A program made the translations under genes and the position numbers. This document shows, in pieces, positions 1-9,745 of a DNA stretch of 35,103 nucleotides; the stretch's first letter is position 1, and every line of letters starts with the position of its first letter. Below the pieces are notes generated by a model. That model did not search any database. It was given only the letters and a program-made list of their open reading frames with translations, and was not told the DNA's origin. Source of the stretch: an uncultured Lachnospiraceae bacterium (GTDB lineage: Bacteria > Bacillota > Clostridia > Lachnospirales > Lachnospiraceae); NCBI GenBank assembly GCA_902796045.1, contig CADBNQ010000082.1, positions 1 through 35,103 of the forward strand, read 5' to 3'.

Positions 1-85
1 GGAGAAGGTGGGATTCGAACCCACGGTACCTTTCGGTATCACTAGTTTTCAAGACTAGCTCCTTAAACCACTCGGACACCTCTCC
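1..85 (-). tRNA. tRNA-Ser (anticodon UGA); discriminator/3' end cut by the window edge
   Basis: Reverse complement GGAGAGGTGTCCGAGTGGTTTAAGGAGCTAGTCTTGAAAACTAGTGATACCGAAAGGTACCGTGGGTTCGAATCCCACCTTCTCC: acceptor stem, anticodon stem CTAGT/ACTAG around loop CTTGAAA, long variable arm, GTTCGAATC T-loop. Confidence 0.97.
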
Positions 86-118
86 ATTCCTATGACCGTC
101 ACATGTTGCGACTCGATT

Positions 119-147
119 ATGATAACATTTTCAGGTTTTCTTGTCAA
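119..147 (-). promoter_or_regulatory. sigma-A-type promoter for tRNA-Ser
   Basis: TTGACA (147-142), 17 nt, TATCAT (124-119) with extended TGn; A-tract upstream. Confidence 0.75.
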
Positions 148-177
148 CTCTTTTTTTCCGGTCCTTCTGTGCCCTGA

Positions 178-678
178 TTAAAACCTGTTGATCGGCACAT
201 CTTCCAGAAAGGGCTCTATTTTTCTGATCTCAACCTCATAGCCATAATCGGGATTTACCTGGACATGGACCCGGTCTCCGATCCGGCGTCCCATCAGGGC
301 CTTTCCCAGTGGTGATTCGATACTGACCCTGTTCTTCATGGGGTCTGCCAGAACTGTTGTGACAACAGAAAAAACATCTTCCTCCTGGTCCTCTTCAAAA
401 TAAAGGGTCACTGTCTTGTTCAGTCCGACCTGGTCTGTTTCTGACTTATCTTCTATGACTCTGGCATTCCTGATCATTTTTTCAAGATAGCGGATCCTGC
501 TTTCATTCCTGTTTTTTTCTTTCTTTGCTGCATGATATTCAAAATTCTCACTGAGATCTCCATGGGCACGGGCAGTCTTGACGTGTTCAAGAAGTTCCTT
601 TCTGAGCACCACTTTCCGATATTCGATCTCTTCTTCCATCTTTTTTATATCAGCTTCTGTAAGAGCGTGCTTTAACAT
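178..678 (-). CDS. greA: Transcription elongation factor GreA family
   Basis: ARAHGDLSENFEYHAAK motif, C-terminal SIESPLGKAL; GAGGAAGG RBS. Confidence 0.9.
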   Translation of the reverse strand: MLKHALTEADIKKMEEEIEYRKVVLRKELLEHVKTARAHGDLSENFEYHAAKKEKNRNESRIRYLEKMIRNARVIEDKSETDQVGLNKTVTLYFEEDQEEDVFSVVTTVLADPMKNRVSIESPLGKALMGRRIGDRVHVQVNPDYGYEVEIRKIEPFLEDVPINRF

Positions 679-693
679 CCTGTTGCCTTCCTC

Positions 694-1797
694 TCATTTC
701 GCTTTCAGTTCTTTCCACAGTCTTGTGTAATATCTGTCTGTCTCTGTTCCCAGGTATTCGTATACCTCACATTGGCTGAGGATCTCTTCCGGAGGAAATA
801 TTGTCTCATCACTCCTGGTTTCCTCATCGAGGTCTTCATAGACTGCTTTATTGGGAGTCCCGTAATATATATAATCAAAGTTCATTTCTGCTGTCTCTTT
901 GCGATTCATAAAATCAATAAACTGCTCGGCTTCTTTTTTATGCCTGCAGCAATCCGGAACGGCCCAGCAGTCAAACCAGACGTTCGAGCCTTCCTTTGGA
1001 ACGACATAGCTCAGGTCCTCATTAGCATCCATGGCTTCAGTGGCATCCCCGGAGTAAGTGACAGCCATAGCGGCGTCCCCCGCGATCATGGCATCCCTGA
1101 TCTCATCTACCAGATATGCCTCCACCAGAGGTTTCTGGTCCATCAGGAGCTTCTGGGCTTCTTTCAATTCCCTTTTATTCCGTGTATTGACAGAGCAGCC
1201 TTTCCATTTTAAGGGCACCAGAAAAGCATCCCTCATGCTGTTTTGCATGATGATCTGATTTTTATAACGAGGATTCCAGAGAATCTCCCAGCTGTCTACC
1301 TGATCAGTGACCATCTTATTATTGTAGAGTATCCCCAGGGTTCCCCAGAGATAAGGGACAGCATATTTGTTTTCCGGATCAAAGGCCCGGCATAGCTCCA
1401 GATAGCGCGGATCGATATTCCCATAGCTGGTCATCCGGGACTGATCCAGAGGCAGAAGATGCCCCTCCAGCATCATTTTCTGAATCATATAGTCTGAGCT
1501 GCAGATCAGGTCATAGTCAATCACACCGGAAGAATACTTGGTATACATATCTTCCGGAGTCAGATATTCCTCATATCTGACATGAATCCCTGTTTCTTTT
1601 TCAAACATTTCTATCGTTTCCCGGTCGATGTAATCACCATAATTGAAAACGATAAGATCCTGCCTTCCATCCGCTTCACCGTCCCTGCCGTGACATCCGG
1701 ACAGGAAAATAATCCCTGAACACACTGCAAGGATTATTAAGGGAAGGATCATATTCACTTTTCCGGTCTGTCTTGCAGCCACACTTGTCTGTCTCAT
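694..1797 (-). CDS. potD: Spermidine/putrescine ABC transporter substrate-binding lipoprotein
   Basis: Lipobox FLSGC; NYGDYID, YAVPYLWGTLGI, PKEGSNVWFD; last gene of potABC. Confidence 0.88.
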   Translation of the reverse strand: MRQTSVAARQTGKVNMILPLIILAVCSGIIFLSGCHGRDGEADGRQDLIVFNYGDYIDRETIEMFEKETGIHVRYEEYLTPEDMYTKYSSGVIDYDLICSSDYMIQKMMLEGHLLPLDQSRMTSYGNIDPRYLELCRAFDPENKYAVPYLWGTLGILYNNKMVTDQVDSWEILWNPRYKNQIIMQNSMRDAFLVPLKWKGCSVNTRNKRELKEAQKLLMDQKPLVEAYLVDEIRDAMIAGDAAMAVTYSGDATEAMDANEDLSYVVPKEGSNVWFDCWAVPDCCRHKKEAEQFIDFMNRKETAEMNFDYIYYGTPNKAVYEDLDEETRSDETIFPPEEILSQCEVYEYLGTETDRYYTRLWKELKAK

Positions 1798-2588
1798 CAG
1801 TTATCCTCTCTCTTTGATGTGTTGATCTCCGAGAAGCGGTACACCATGCCCAGAATCAAAAGGATTGAGATCAAAAATAAGGTTGACAGGGCGTACATCT
1901 GCGGATTAATTCCTCTTCTCAGCTGCTGGTACAGCATGGTTGAGATGGTATTGATGCCGGGTCCTTTTGTAAAATAAGTCACCACAAAATCATCCATGGA
2001 CACTGTAAAAGCAAAAAGGAAACCGGCGATGATCCCGGGAAAGATCTCAGGGAGAACCACCTTGAAGAAAGCGTAGGTCTGGGAGGCTCCCAGGTCCAGG
2101 GCCGCTTCATATACACCTTTGCTGGCATCTCTTAGTCTGGGCATCACGTTGATGATCACATAGGGAACCCCCAGTGTCACATGGGCAATCAGCATGGACC
2201 CAAAACCCAGAGTAAGAAAATGGGCGAAAAGCAGCATGATCGCCACTCCTGTGACAATATCCGCATTCAACATGGGGATATTTGTAATGTTGATCAGTAC
2301 AGCCCTGAGTTTTTTTCCCATGACCGACATGCCCACACAGGCCAGGGTCCCCAGGACAACAGCGATCAGGGCGGCCGAAACAGTCAGGAGCAATGATGTT
2401 CTCAGAGCTTCAAGCACCTCCTGGTTGTGGACCAGGTCCGCATACCAGTGCAGAGTAAAGCCTCCCCAGATATTTCTGGCCTTTGAATTATTGAAAGAGC
2501 AGATGATCAGAATAGCCAGGGGGGCATAGAGGATCAGAAGGATCAGGACAATATATAACCTGCCGGACAGCTTTTTGATATTTACCAT
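1797..2588 (-). CDS. potC: Spermidine/putrescine ABC permease
   Basis: EAALDLGA EAA loop, GGFTLHWY, SMDDFVVT. Confidence 0.9.
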   Translation of the reverse strand: MVNIKKLSGRLYIVLILLILYAPLAILIICSFNNSKARNIWGGFTLHWYADLVHNQEVLEALRTSLLLTVSAALIAVVLGTLACVGMSVMGKKLRAVLINITNIPMLNADIVTGVAIMLLFAHFLTLGFGSMLIAHVTLGVPYVIINVMPRLRDASKGVYEAALDLGASQTYAFFKVVLPEIFPGIIAGFLFAFTVSMDDFVVTYFTKGPGINTISTMLYQQLRRGINPQMYALSTLFLISILLILGMVYRFSEINTSKREDN

Positions 2589-3406
2589 GATACCATATCC
2601 TCCTCGCCGGACCCGGTCTTGTTCATAATTGCCATGCTGGCAAAGATAAAGAGCATAAGCACGATGGACAAACCTGATCCGAGGTTCCAGTTGCTGGACA
2701 GGTTGAACTCCTGGTCGATCACATTGCCGTACAGCAGGATCTTGGAACCGCCCAGGATATCAGCAACAACAAACTCTGAGATGCTGGGGATAAAGACCAT
2801 GATGATTCCACTGATCACTCCGGGTACAGAAAGAGGCAGGATGATCCTGGTCAGTATCGTCAGTCCATCGGCTCCCAGATCTCCTGCAGCTTCTATGACA
2901 TCCTGGTCAATCTTTCTGATGGCATTGTATATGGGCAGGATCATAAAGGGGAGATAATCATAGACCATCCCGATCATGATCGCTGTCCTGGAATACATGA
3001 GATGAACCGGGGCAAGACCCAGAAACTCAAGCAGGGCATTAAGAATGCCTGTATTTGACAGGATCATCTGCAGAGCCAGTATACGAAGCAGGAAATTGAT
3101 CCACATGGGTATAATGAAGATCATGATCAGGATGTCCGTGTTTTTCCCTTTCCTCCGGCCCAGAATCAGGGCAAGAGGGTAGGCAAGAAGCAGGCAGAAC
3201 AAAGTACTGCCGAAAGCGATCACAACGGAATTGATAAAAGCACGATAATGAATCGGGTCAGCAAAGGCCGCCAGATTGTCCCAGGTAAAGCTTCCGTCTC
3301 CATTGGTCATCCCATAGTAGATCACCATAAGAAGGGGCAGGAGGATAAAACCTGCAGACCAGATGATATAGGGGCCTGACCACAATCTGCGATTATCAGT
3401 CATCAA
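2582..3406 (-). CDS. potB: Spermidine/putrescine ABC permease
   Basis: [30 protein letters not shown]; overlaps neighbours. Confidence 0.9.
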   Translation of the reverse strand: MMTDNRRLWSGPYIIWSAGFILLPLLMVIYYGMTNGDGSFTWDNLAAFADPIHYRAFINSVVIAFGSTLFCLLLAYPLALILGRRKGKNTDILIMIFIIPMWINFLLRILALQMILSNTGILNALLEFLGLAPVHLMYSRTAIMIGMVYDYLPFMILPIYNAIRKIDQDVIEAAGDLGADGLTILTRIILPLSVPGVISGIIMVFIPSISEFVVADILGGSKILLYGNVIDQEFNLSSNWNLGSGLSIVLMLFIFASMAIMNKTGSGEEDMVSW

Positions 3407-4469
3407 AAGTCACCGCTTTCTCATCTTCAGATTCCGGTTTATTCATGATCTGAATATTAAAAGGAATCACCGAAATACTCACTTTAGTTCCCACCGGATA
3501 GCAGAAGGTGCTGTGCACCAGCCATTCGTAACCGGCAGCCATGACATCCATCTCATAATGGACACCCTTAAAGATCACAGAGGTGACCTCGCCATCAAGG
3601 TTTCCCACGCCGGGTTCCTTCAGTACAACATCTTCAGGCCTGATCACCACATCAACGGGCCGGTTCCTTCCAAATCCTGTGTCAACACAGTCGAAGCGGA
3701 CGCCCAGGATCTCTACCAGCCGGTCCTCGATCATAATCCCGTCCAGAATATTGCTGTCACCGATAAAGTCAGCGACGAAGGCATTCTCCGGTTCGTTATA
3801 GATATCCTCAGGGCTGCCCATCTGCTGGATATATCCCTGGTTCATGACAACCACGGTATCGGACATGGTCAGCGCCTCTTCCTGGTCATGTGTGACATAG
3901 ACGAAAGTGATCCCCAGCTCTTCCTTCAGTCTCATCAGCTCATACTGCATATCCTGGCGGAGCTTCAGATCAAGGGCACCCAGGGGCTCATCCAGCAAGA
4001 GGACCCGGGGCTCATTCACGATGGCCCGGGCAATGGCAATACGCTGCTGCTGGCCCCCGCTTAATGAAGATGGCTTTCTTTTCTCATAGCCTTCCAGGTT
4101 AACCAGCTTCAGGGCATAAGAAATCTTGTCCCGGATATAATTCCGGGACTTTCCACGTATCTTTAAGCCAAAGGAGATGTTCTCCTCCACATTCATATGC
4201 TGAAACAGTGCGTATTTCTGGAAAACAGTATTCAGGTTTCTCTGATTGGCAGGGACATTTGTGATATCCCTGCCATCAAAAATCACCTGCCCCGTATCCG
4301 GCATCTCAAATCCGCCGATAATGCGGAGGGTCGTTGTCTTTCCGCAGCCTGACGGACCCAGAAGGGTCAGAAATTCGTTTTCTCTGATATCCAGCTCCAG
4401 CTCATCCAGTACCAATGTGTTTCCAAAAGATTTGGAGATATTGTGTAAGCGGATCAAACTATCTTTCAT
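3396..4469 (-). CDS. potA: Spermidine/putrescine ABC ATP-binding protein (ATG 4469 preferred over TTG 4493)
   Basis: Walker [18 protein letters not shown] signature, LLLDEP, C-terminal TOBE-like region. Confidence 0.92.
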   Translation of the reverse strand: MKDSLIRLHNISKSFGNTLVLDELELDIRENEFLTLLGPSGCGKTTTLRIIGGFEMPDTGQVIFDGRDITNVPANQRNLNTVFQKYALFQHMNVEENISFGLKIRGKSRNYIRDKISYALKLVNLEGYEKRKPSSLSGGQQQRIAIARAIVNEPRVLLLDEPLGALDLKLRQDMQYELMRLKEELGITFVYVTHDQEEALTMSDTVVVMNQGYIQQMGSPEDIYNEPENAFVADFIGDSNILDGIMIEDRLVEILGVRFDCVDTGFGRNRPVDVVIRPEDVVLKEPGVGNLDGEVTSVIFKGVHYEMDVMAAGYEWLVHSTFCYPVGTKVSISVIPFNIQIMNKPESEDEKAVTFDD

Positions 4470-4489
4470 ATCTACCTGTCTTGTATCAA

Positions 4490-5287
4490 TCAATCAGTAT
4501 CTTCTTTTACCCAGGCAATCTTATTCTTAAGAATCTCTGCAATCCTGGTTACCACCGGTTTGATGGCAACAAGTGCCTGTTCCCGGTCGGCACCGGAAGC
4601 TGTCACCCTGATCAGAACGCCATCCTCCTTGGCATATGTGGCAACAGTCGGATTGGCGCTGTCGAGCAGATCACCGAGCTGGTCTGCTACAGGTCCTTCG
4701 CCAATCTCTCCCAGGGGCATCTCATCCGGTCCCTTGATCTTGATATTGATAGACACAAAGACCTGGTTGGACAGCTTGTTGATAAAAAGGCTGCAGCATT
4801 CCGCAAAAACTGCCTTCATCTCTTTGGGCGGTCCGGGAAGCATGATGATTGCTTTTTCGCCCTGGGCCATGATCAGTCCCGGTGCCAGTCCCACCGGATT
4901 GGTGATCACGATGGAGTCCTCGGGAACCATGGCCTGCTTCTTCTGACTGTCGGCCATCTCATAGATCCCGTACGATTCCAGCTTCTCCTTGACATGATCG
5001 TACTGACGCTGATCAAAGACCAGTTTCTTCCCGAAGAAGGATGCAGCCGCTTCCTTGGTCAGATCATCCTTGGTGGGTCCAAGACCTCCTGTCATAATGA
5101 TCATATCAGAACGCTTCAGGGCTACTTCCAGAACCTCCTTGACACGGTCTTTGTTATCCCCCACTACCGTATGGTAGAAAAGATCAATCCCTCTGCGGGC
5201 CATCTCTTTGGAGATATACTGTGCGTTGGTATTGACGATATTGCCAAGCAGCAGCTCCGTACCTACACAAATAATCTCAGCAACCAT
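4490..5287 (-). CDS. cinA: CinA-like protein, N-terminal MoCF/COG1058 domain plus middle domain, no C-terminal PncC domain
   Basis: [39 protein letters not shown]; only 265 aa; GAGGAGG RBS. Confidence 0.8.
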   Translation of the reverse strand: MVAEIICVGTELLLGNIVNTNAQYISKEMARRGIDLFYHTVVGDNKDRVKEVLEVALKRSDMIIMTGGLGPTKDDLTKEAAASFFGKKLVFDQRQYDHVKEKLESYGIYEMADSQKKQAMVPEDSIVITNPVGLAPGLIMAQGEKAIIMLPGPPKEMKAVFAECCSLFINKLSNQVFVSINIKIKGPDEMPLGEIGEGPVADQLGDLLDSANPTVATYAKEDGVLIRVTASGADREQALVAIKPVVTRIAEILKNKIAWVKEDTD

Positions 5288-5309
5288 TATTTATCCCTCC
5301 TCGTTTATG

Positions 5310-6182
5310 TCAACGTCTTTCACTGATCACCTGGTTGATGATATCCAGAAGCGCAGCATTCTCCTTCGTCACTGCAGCTCCGTAATTCTGTCCTGCAAAG
5401 CGGTCGCCCAGTATCCGGGTATTTTTGTCTGCATATCCCTTAAGAATGCTGACATCTACGGACATGACGTCTATATTACCATCCTTCAGAGCTTTAAAAA
5501 GCTGTTCATAGCTTTCATATTCACAGAATATGGGGTTGATGGTGATGTTGTTCATCGTGTTGATATAGTTGATAAAGTCTTCTCTTGTTGTGGCATTGCG
5601 GGGAACCCCGATATATTTGCCGTCCAGGTCCGCTATGGAGCGGATATCTCCGGAACCGACAGAATTCGGGTCATCTCCGGAGCTCCTTACCATCAGTCCT
5701 ATATAATCGGTATAATAGCTTTCCGAGATGGCGAACCTCTCAGCTCTCTCCCTCGTAATGGTATAGGTGGCGATCATACAGTCAATCTCACCATTTGCCA
5801 GTTTTTCTTCACGGTCTGCCACTGTCACGCCGGTAAAGGATACCAGCTTCCTGTCTCTGGCTTCATCTGCTGTAACGCCAAAAATCTTTGCAGCCGTCTC
5901 ATAGGCGATGTCCACCTCGATCCCCGACCAGCTGTCATTCTCCGCATCATAATAAGACAGGTCAGGAACGTCCATCTTACACCCTGCAATAAGAAAACCC
6001 CGGTCTTTGATCTGATCAATGATCCTGGCATCCGTGCCTGCGCTGTTCCCACCGTCAGAAGCTTCTGACGAATCAGTCTGAGCAGCAGAGCTGCTTCCAT
6101 CGGATGCAGCCGGAGAAGAGCAGCCGGCACACAGGGCAAGGACCAGGCTAAACAAGAGAATCTTCTGGATCTTTCTATACAT
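5310..6182 (-). CDS. Amino-acid-binding lipoprotein, SBP family 3 (Peb1A-like Asp/Glu-binding)
   Basis: Lipobox LCAGC, Ser/Ala/Asp-rich linker, GCKMDVP, IATYTITRER; ATG 6182 with GGAGG RBS overlaps the symporter stop. Confidence 0.82.
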   Translation of the reverse strand: MYRKIQKILLFSLVLALCAGCSSPAASDGSSSAAQTDSSEASDGGNSAGTDARIIDQIKDRGFLIAGCKMDVPDLSYYDAENDSWSGIEVDIAYETAAKIFGVTADEARDRKLVSFTGVTVADREEKLANGEIDCMIATYTITRERAERFAISESYYTDYIGLMVRSSGDDPNSVGSGDIRSIADLDGKYIGVPRNATTREDFINYINTMNNITINPIFCEYESYEQLFKALKDGNIDVMSVDVSILKGYADKNTRILGDRFAGQNYGAAVTKENAALLDIINQVISERR

Positions 6183-7473
6183 ACTCTGCCTCCGTATCAC
6201 TATAGAATACCTCTCTGTCCAGGTCTCCGTTCTGATGAGCTACAACGGTTGTGCAGACGGCGTCTCCGGTAATGTTGACAGCTGTCCTCAGCATGTCAAG
6301 GATACGGTCTACACCCATGATCAGGGAAATGGCCTCAACAGGAAGACCTACTGCTGCAAATACCATGGAAAGGGTAACCAGTCCGACAGACGGGATACCG
6401 GCCGTTCCGATAGAAGCCAGGGTCGCTGTGGCAATAACTGTCAGATAACCGCCCAGACCCAGTTTCATCCCATAAGCCTGCGCGGCAAATACAACGGCCA
6501 CACCCTGCATGATGGAGGTACCGTCCATGTTGATGGTGGCCCCCAGAGGGATAGTAAAGGAAGAGATCCTGCGGGAAACGCCGATCTTCTCCTCCAGAGT
6601 ATCGATATTGATCGGGATGGTTGCGTTGGAGGTAGATGTGGAGAAGGCAAAGGCCATAACCGGGAAGAACCTCTTGATAAATCTGACCGGGTTGAGCCTT
6701 GTGAAGACAACCAGCATCACCATGTATACAATGAAACACTGGATAGCCAGTCCCACAACTACGCTGAGCATATATTTCAGTAATGGGATGAATCCGTCAA
6801 AGCCGAGATTGGAGAAGGTCCTGGTGATCATACAGAAGACGCCCAGGGGGGCAAACTGCATGACAAGATTGGTCATCTCCATCATCAGATCATTGCACTG
6901 GACCATGAAGTTGGAAATCATCTCCGCTTTCTCACCCATCTTAGCCAGAAGAATACCGACAAGCAGGGCAAAAAGGATGATCTGAAGCATAGTTCCATTA
7001 GCCAGAGCACCGATGGGGTTCTCCGGGATGATATTCAGAATGGTATCCACTGCAGAGGTGCTCTCTGCTGCAACAGCCTCTCCTTTCTGAATGGAAGCCA
7101 TATTGAGTCCGATGCCGGGCCGGATCAGAGTGGCAACACTGATAGCCACTGTGACAGCCAGGGCAGTTGTACACAGGTAGAAAAGAATCGTCTTTCCACC
7201 GACCTTACCAAGAGATTTCGTGTCGCCGATGGCAGATGCACCGCACACCAGAGAGCAGAAAACCAGCGGTACGACCAGCATCTTCATCAGACGGATAAAG
7301 CCATTTCCTATCACATAGAAGATACCATCAATAAACACCGTATCTCTGATATAACCGTGGGGAATAAACAGATTAAATATAACACCGAGTATCAGACCGG
7401 CGATGAGGCCGATAAAAATCCGGGAAGTCAGTCCCAGCTTCTTTTTCTCTTTTTTAGCGCCAGTATCTTCCAT
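6175..7473 (-). CDS. Dicarboxylate/amino acid:cation (DAACS, GltP/GltT-like) symporter
   Basis: FSTSTSNAT serine-rich HP1, GATINMDGT, SIGTAGIP, DRILDMLRTAVNITGD. Confidence 0.92.
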   Translation of the reverse strand: MEDTGAKKEKKKLGLTSRIFIGLIAGLILGVIFNLFIPHGYIRDTVFIDGIFYVIGNGFIRLMKMLVVPLVFCSLVCGASAIGDTKSLGKVGGKTILFYLCTTALAVTVAISVATLIRPGIGLNMASIQKGEAVAAESTSAVDTILNIIPENPIGALANGTMLQIILFALLVGILLAKMGEKAEMISNFMVQCNDLMMEMTNLVMQFAPLGVFCMITRTFSNLGFDGFIPLLKYMLSVVVGLAIQCFIVYMVMLVVFTRLNPVRFIKRFFPVMAFAFSTSTSNATIPINIDTLEEKIGVSRRISSFTIPLGATINMDGTSIMQGVAVVFAAQAYGMKLGLGGYLTVIATATLASIGTAGIPSVGLVTLSMVFAAVGLPVEAISLIMGVDRILDMLRTAVNITGDAVCTTVVAHQNGDLDREVFYSDTEAEYV

Positions 7474-7476
7474 AAA

Positions 7477-8331
7477 TCAGCTCTCCTTCTTGTTAATATA
7501 GACCTTCACATAGTTTCTCAGTTCTTCTTTCCAGTCAGGCATTTCAAAAACACCTGTCATCTTCATCATCAGGTTCTCAAGCAGGGTGGTGGTGGTCAGT
7601 CCTTCCTTTTCCGCAAAGGTTCCGCTTACCAGGGAAATATCATTTCCCGTCAGATACAGAATCATCCTGGCATATTCGTAGCGTGTGCAGGCACCTTCGC
7701 AGGAAGCATGATAAATACCGTATTCCTTCTTGTCCAGCATAAGCTCAATAAAACGCGCGATCAGGTCTGAGCTGGTCGGAGTGCTGATCTTGTCAAAAGC
7801 TGCGGTAAAGGGTTCCTTGGCTGCCGCTTTCTCCAGCACATAGGAAATATAATCATCTCCCCCGCCGTACACCCAGGAGCTTCGGATGATCAGGTGCCTG
7901 GGATTAAGCTCTCTGACAAAATTCTCCCCGGCAAGCTTTGACTTTCCGTAAACAGTGACCGGTGTAGGAACATCAAACTCTGTCTTGGGAATAGCATGTT
8001 CGCCGCTGAACACGTCATCACAGGACAGATGGATGATCTTGGCATTGTCCTGTCTGGATGCCGTCGCAAGATTCCTGGCTCCTAAGGCATTCACCCGGAA
8101 AGCCTCAACAGGATTCTCTTCGCAGCTGTACACATCAGACACACTTGCGCAGTTGATGACTATATTGGGTTTGTAGATATTCATGTGCTGCTGTACAGAC
8201 TCCAGATCAGTGACATCTACATCCCGGCCTGTTGCGATGATCCGGTAATCAACATTCTTCTTCAGCCGCCTCATGATGGATGTTCCGATCTTTCCCGGAG
8301 CCCCCGTGATCCAAATAGAATTCCTTCTCAT
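7477..8331 (-). CDS. RmlD-like extended SDR (dTDP-4-dehydrorhamnose reductase family)
   Basis: ITGAPGKIG Rossmann motif, INCA, NALGARNLA, YGKSK, IIRSSWVYG; atypical HLSCDDVF. Confidence 0.8.
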   Translation of the reverse strand: MRRNSIWITGAPGKIGTSIMRRLKKNVDYRIIATGRDVDVTDLESVQQHMNIYKPNIVINCASVSDVYSCEENPVEAFRVNALGARNLATASRQDNAKIIHLSCDDVFSGEHAIPKTEFDVPTPVTVYGKSKLAGENFVRELNPRHLIIRSSWVYGGGDDYISYVLEKAAAKEPFTAAFDKISTPTSSDLIARFIELMLDKKEYGIYHASCEGACTRYEYARMILYLTGNDISLVSGTFAEKEGLTTTTLLENLMMKMTGVFEMPDWKEELRNYVKVYINKKES

Positions 8332-8364
8332 ACTACATCTCCTTCTTTCCCTTTTTTGCTTTTC

Positions 8365-8393
8365 ATCATACCATAAAGATTGATTTTATGCAA
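8365..8393 (-). promoter_or_regulatory. sigma-A-type promoter of the RmlD-like...greA operon
   Basis: TTGCAT, 17 nt, TATGAT with extended TGn. Confidence 0.7.
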
Positions 8394-8401
8394 TAAAGCA
8401 G

Positions 8402-8439
8402 AGGCCGGGACACGAATGCATAGGCTTATGTCCCGGCCT
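8402..8439 (-). terminator. Putative terminator hairpin after ftsZ
   Basis: 11-bp inverted repeat AGGCCGGGACA/TGTCCCGGCCT; weak U-tract (CTGCTTT). Confidence 0.55.
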
Positions 8440-8496
8440 GAATGTCTTTATTCTTTTGTCCTTCCGGATCAGGCAATCCCTGCCGCCCGGCCGGTC

Positions 8497-9618
8497 TTAT
8501 CTCCTCTTCTGGAGGAACTCCGGAATCTTGATCTCCATATCAGAGTTATCATGAGATCTTACAGTCCGCTCCGGCTCCTTGTTATGTCTGCCTGGAGCCG
8601 GCTTCTCCGGCTGCTCTGGCTCAGCAGGTTTATCTGCAGGAGCTTTCCTGGCGGGTACTCCTGAAACATCACGCAGACCGGTGGCAATAATAGTGATAGA
8701 AACCTGATCCTCCGGAATATCTTCACTTTCAACATTACCGAAGATAATGTTGGCTTCATCTCCGGCAACCTCTGTGAGATAGGAGACAGCTTCATATACT
8801 TCCTGGATGCCGACATCTCCTGAGAAGTTGATGATGATGTCGGTAGCTCCGGAGACTGTTGTCTCGAGCAGAGGACTCTCCATGGCCTTCTTGATGGCTT
8901 CCACTGCCTTGTCGTCTCCGCTTCCGGCACCGATCCCGATGTGGGCAATGCCTTTATCTCTCATGACAGTCTGTATATCTGCAAAATCGAGATTGATCAG
9001 TCCAGGCTTAAAGATGAGGTCTGTGATGCCCTGAACACCCTGCTGAAGTACTTCATCTGCTTTAATAAATGCATCTTTGATGGAGGTTCGTTTATCACAG
9101 ATCTGGAGGAGCTTGTCATTGGGGATAATGATCAGAGTATCTACGTTCTCCTTCAGACGCTCTATACCGAGCACTGCATTATTCATACGGGGTTTCCCTT
9201 CAAAGATAAAGGGTTTTGTAACGACACCCACAGTAAGAATGCCCAGTTTCTTGGCAATCTGGGCAACAACGGGAGCAGCTCCGGTACCGGTTCCGCCACC
9301 CATACCACAGGTGACAAAGACCATGTCAGCATCCTTGATCAGCTCTGTCAGTTCTTCCTTGTTCTCCTCAATAGCTGCAGCGCCAATCTCGGGTTTGGCA
9401 CCAGCACCAAGTCCCTTGGTCAGTTTCTCGCCAATCTGAACACGGGTAGCTGCCTTACACAGGTCCAATGCCTGTTTATCTGTGTTAATGCCTATCAGGT
9501 CAACACCTTCAATAGATTCATCAACCATACGGCTCACTGCATTGTTGCCTGCTCCACCGACACCGATTACCAGGATTTTTGCCTGTGCTAATTCTTCATT
9601 TGAAATAATTTCCAGCAA
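8497..9618 (-). CDS. ftsZ: Cell division protein FtsZ (TTG start)
   Basis: [18 protein letters not shown] tubulin signature, NLDFAD, C-terminal IKIPEFL peptide; AGGAGG RBS. Confidence 0.98.
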   Translation of the reverse strand: MLEIISNEELAQAKILVIGVGGAGNNAVSRMVDESIEGVDLIGINTDKQALDLCKAATRVQIGEKLTKGLGAGAKPEIGAAAIEENKEELTELIKDADMVFVTCGMGGGTGTGAAPVVAQIAKKLGILTVGVVTKPFIFEGKPRMNNAVLGIERLKENVDTLIIIPNDKLLQICDKRTSIKDAFIKADEVLQQGVQGITDLIFKPGLINLDFADIQTVMRDKGIAHIGIGAGSGDDKAVEAIKKAMESPLLETTVSGATDIIINFSGDVGIQEVYEAVSYLTEVAGDEANIIFGNVESEDIPEDQVSITIIATGLRDVSGVPARKAPADKPAEPEQPEKPAPGRHNKEPERTVRSHDNSDMEIKIPEFLQKRR

Positions 9619-9683
9619 GGGTCTACTCCTCCTATTCTATATGAATGCAAATTGCATCGTATTCTTGTCATCCCTCATCTGAT

Positions 9684-9712
9684 ATAATAAGGTTTTTTTT
9701 CAAAATAATCAA
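9684..9712 (-). promoter_or_regulatory. Probable dedicated ftsZ promoter
   Basis: TTGATT, 17 nt, TATTAT in an AT-rich gap. Confidence 0.55.
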
Positions 9713-9745
9713 CTGTTTTTTAATTTTTTATTAAGTAAAAACGAA

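Noticed and set aside
1-85. tRNA-Ser as an integration site for an island
   Set aside because: Its 3' end is at the window edge; no integrase or duplicated tRNA 3' end was seen in the window, so it cannot be assessed
4415-6068. Long + strand ORFs (303 aa, 286 aa)
   Set aside because: Antisense shadows of cinA and the SBP gene; no recognisable motifs
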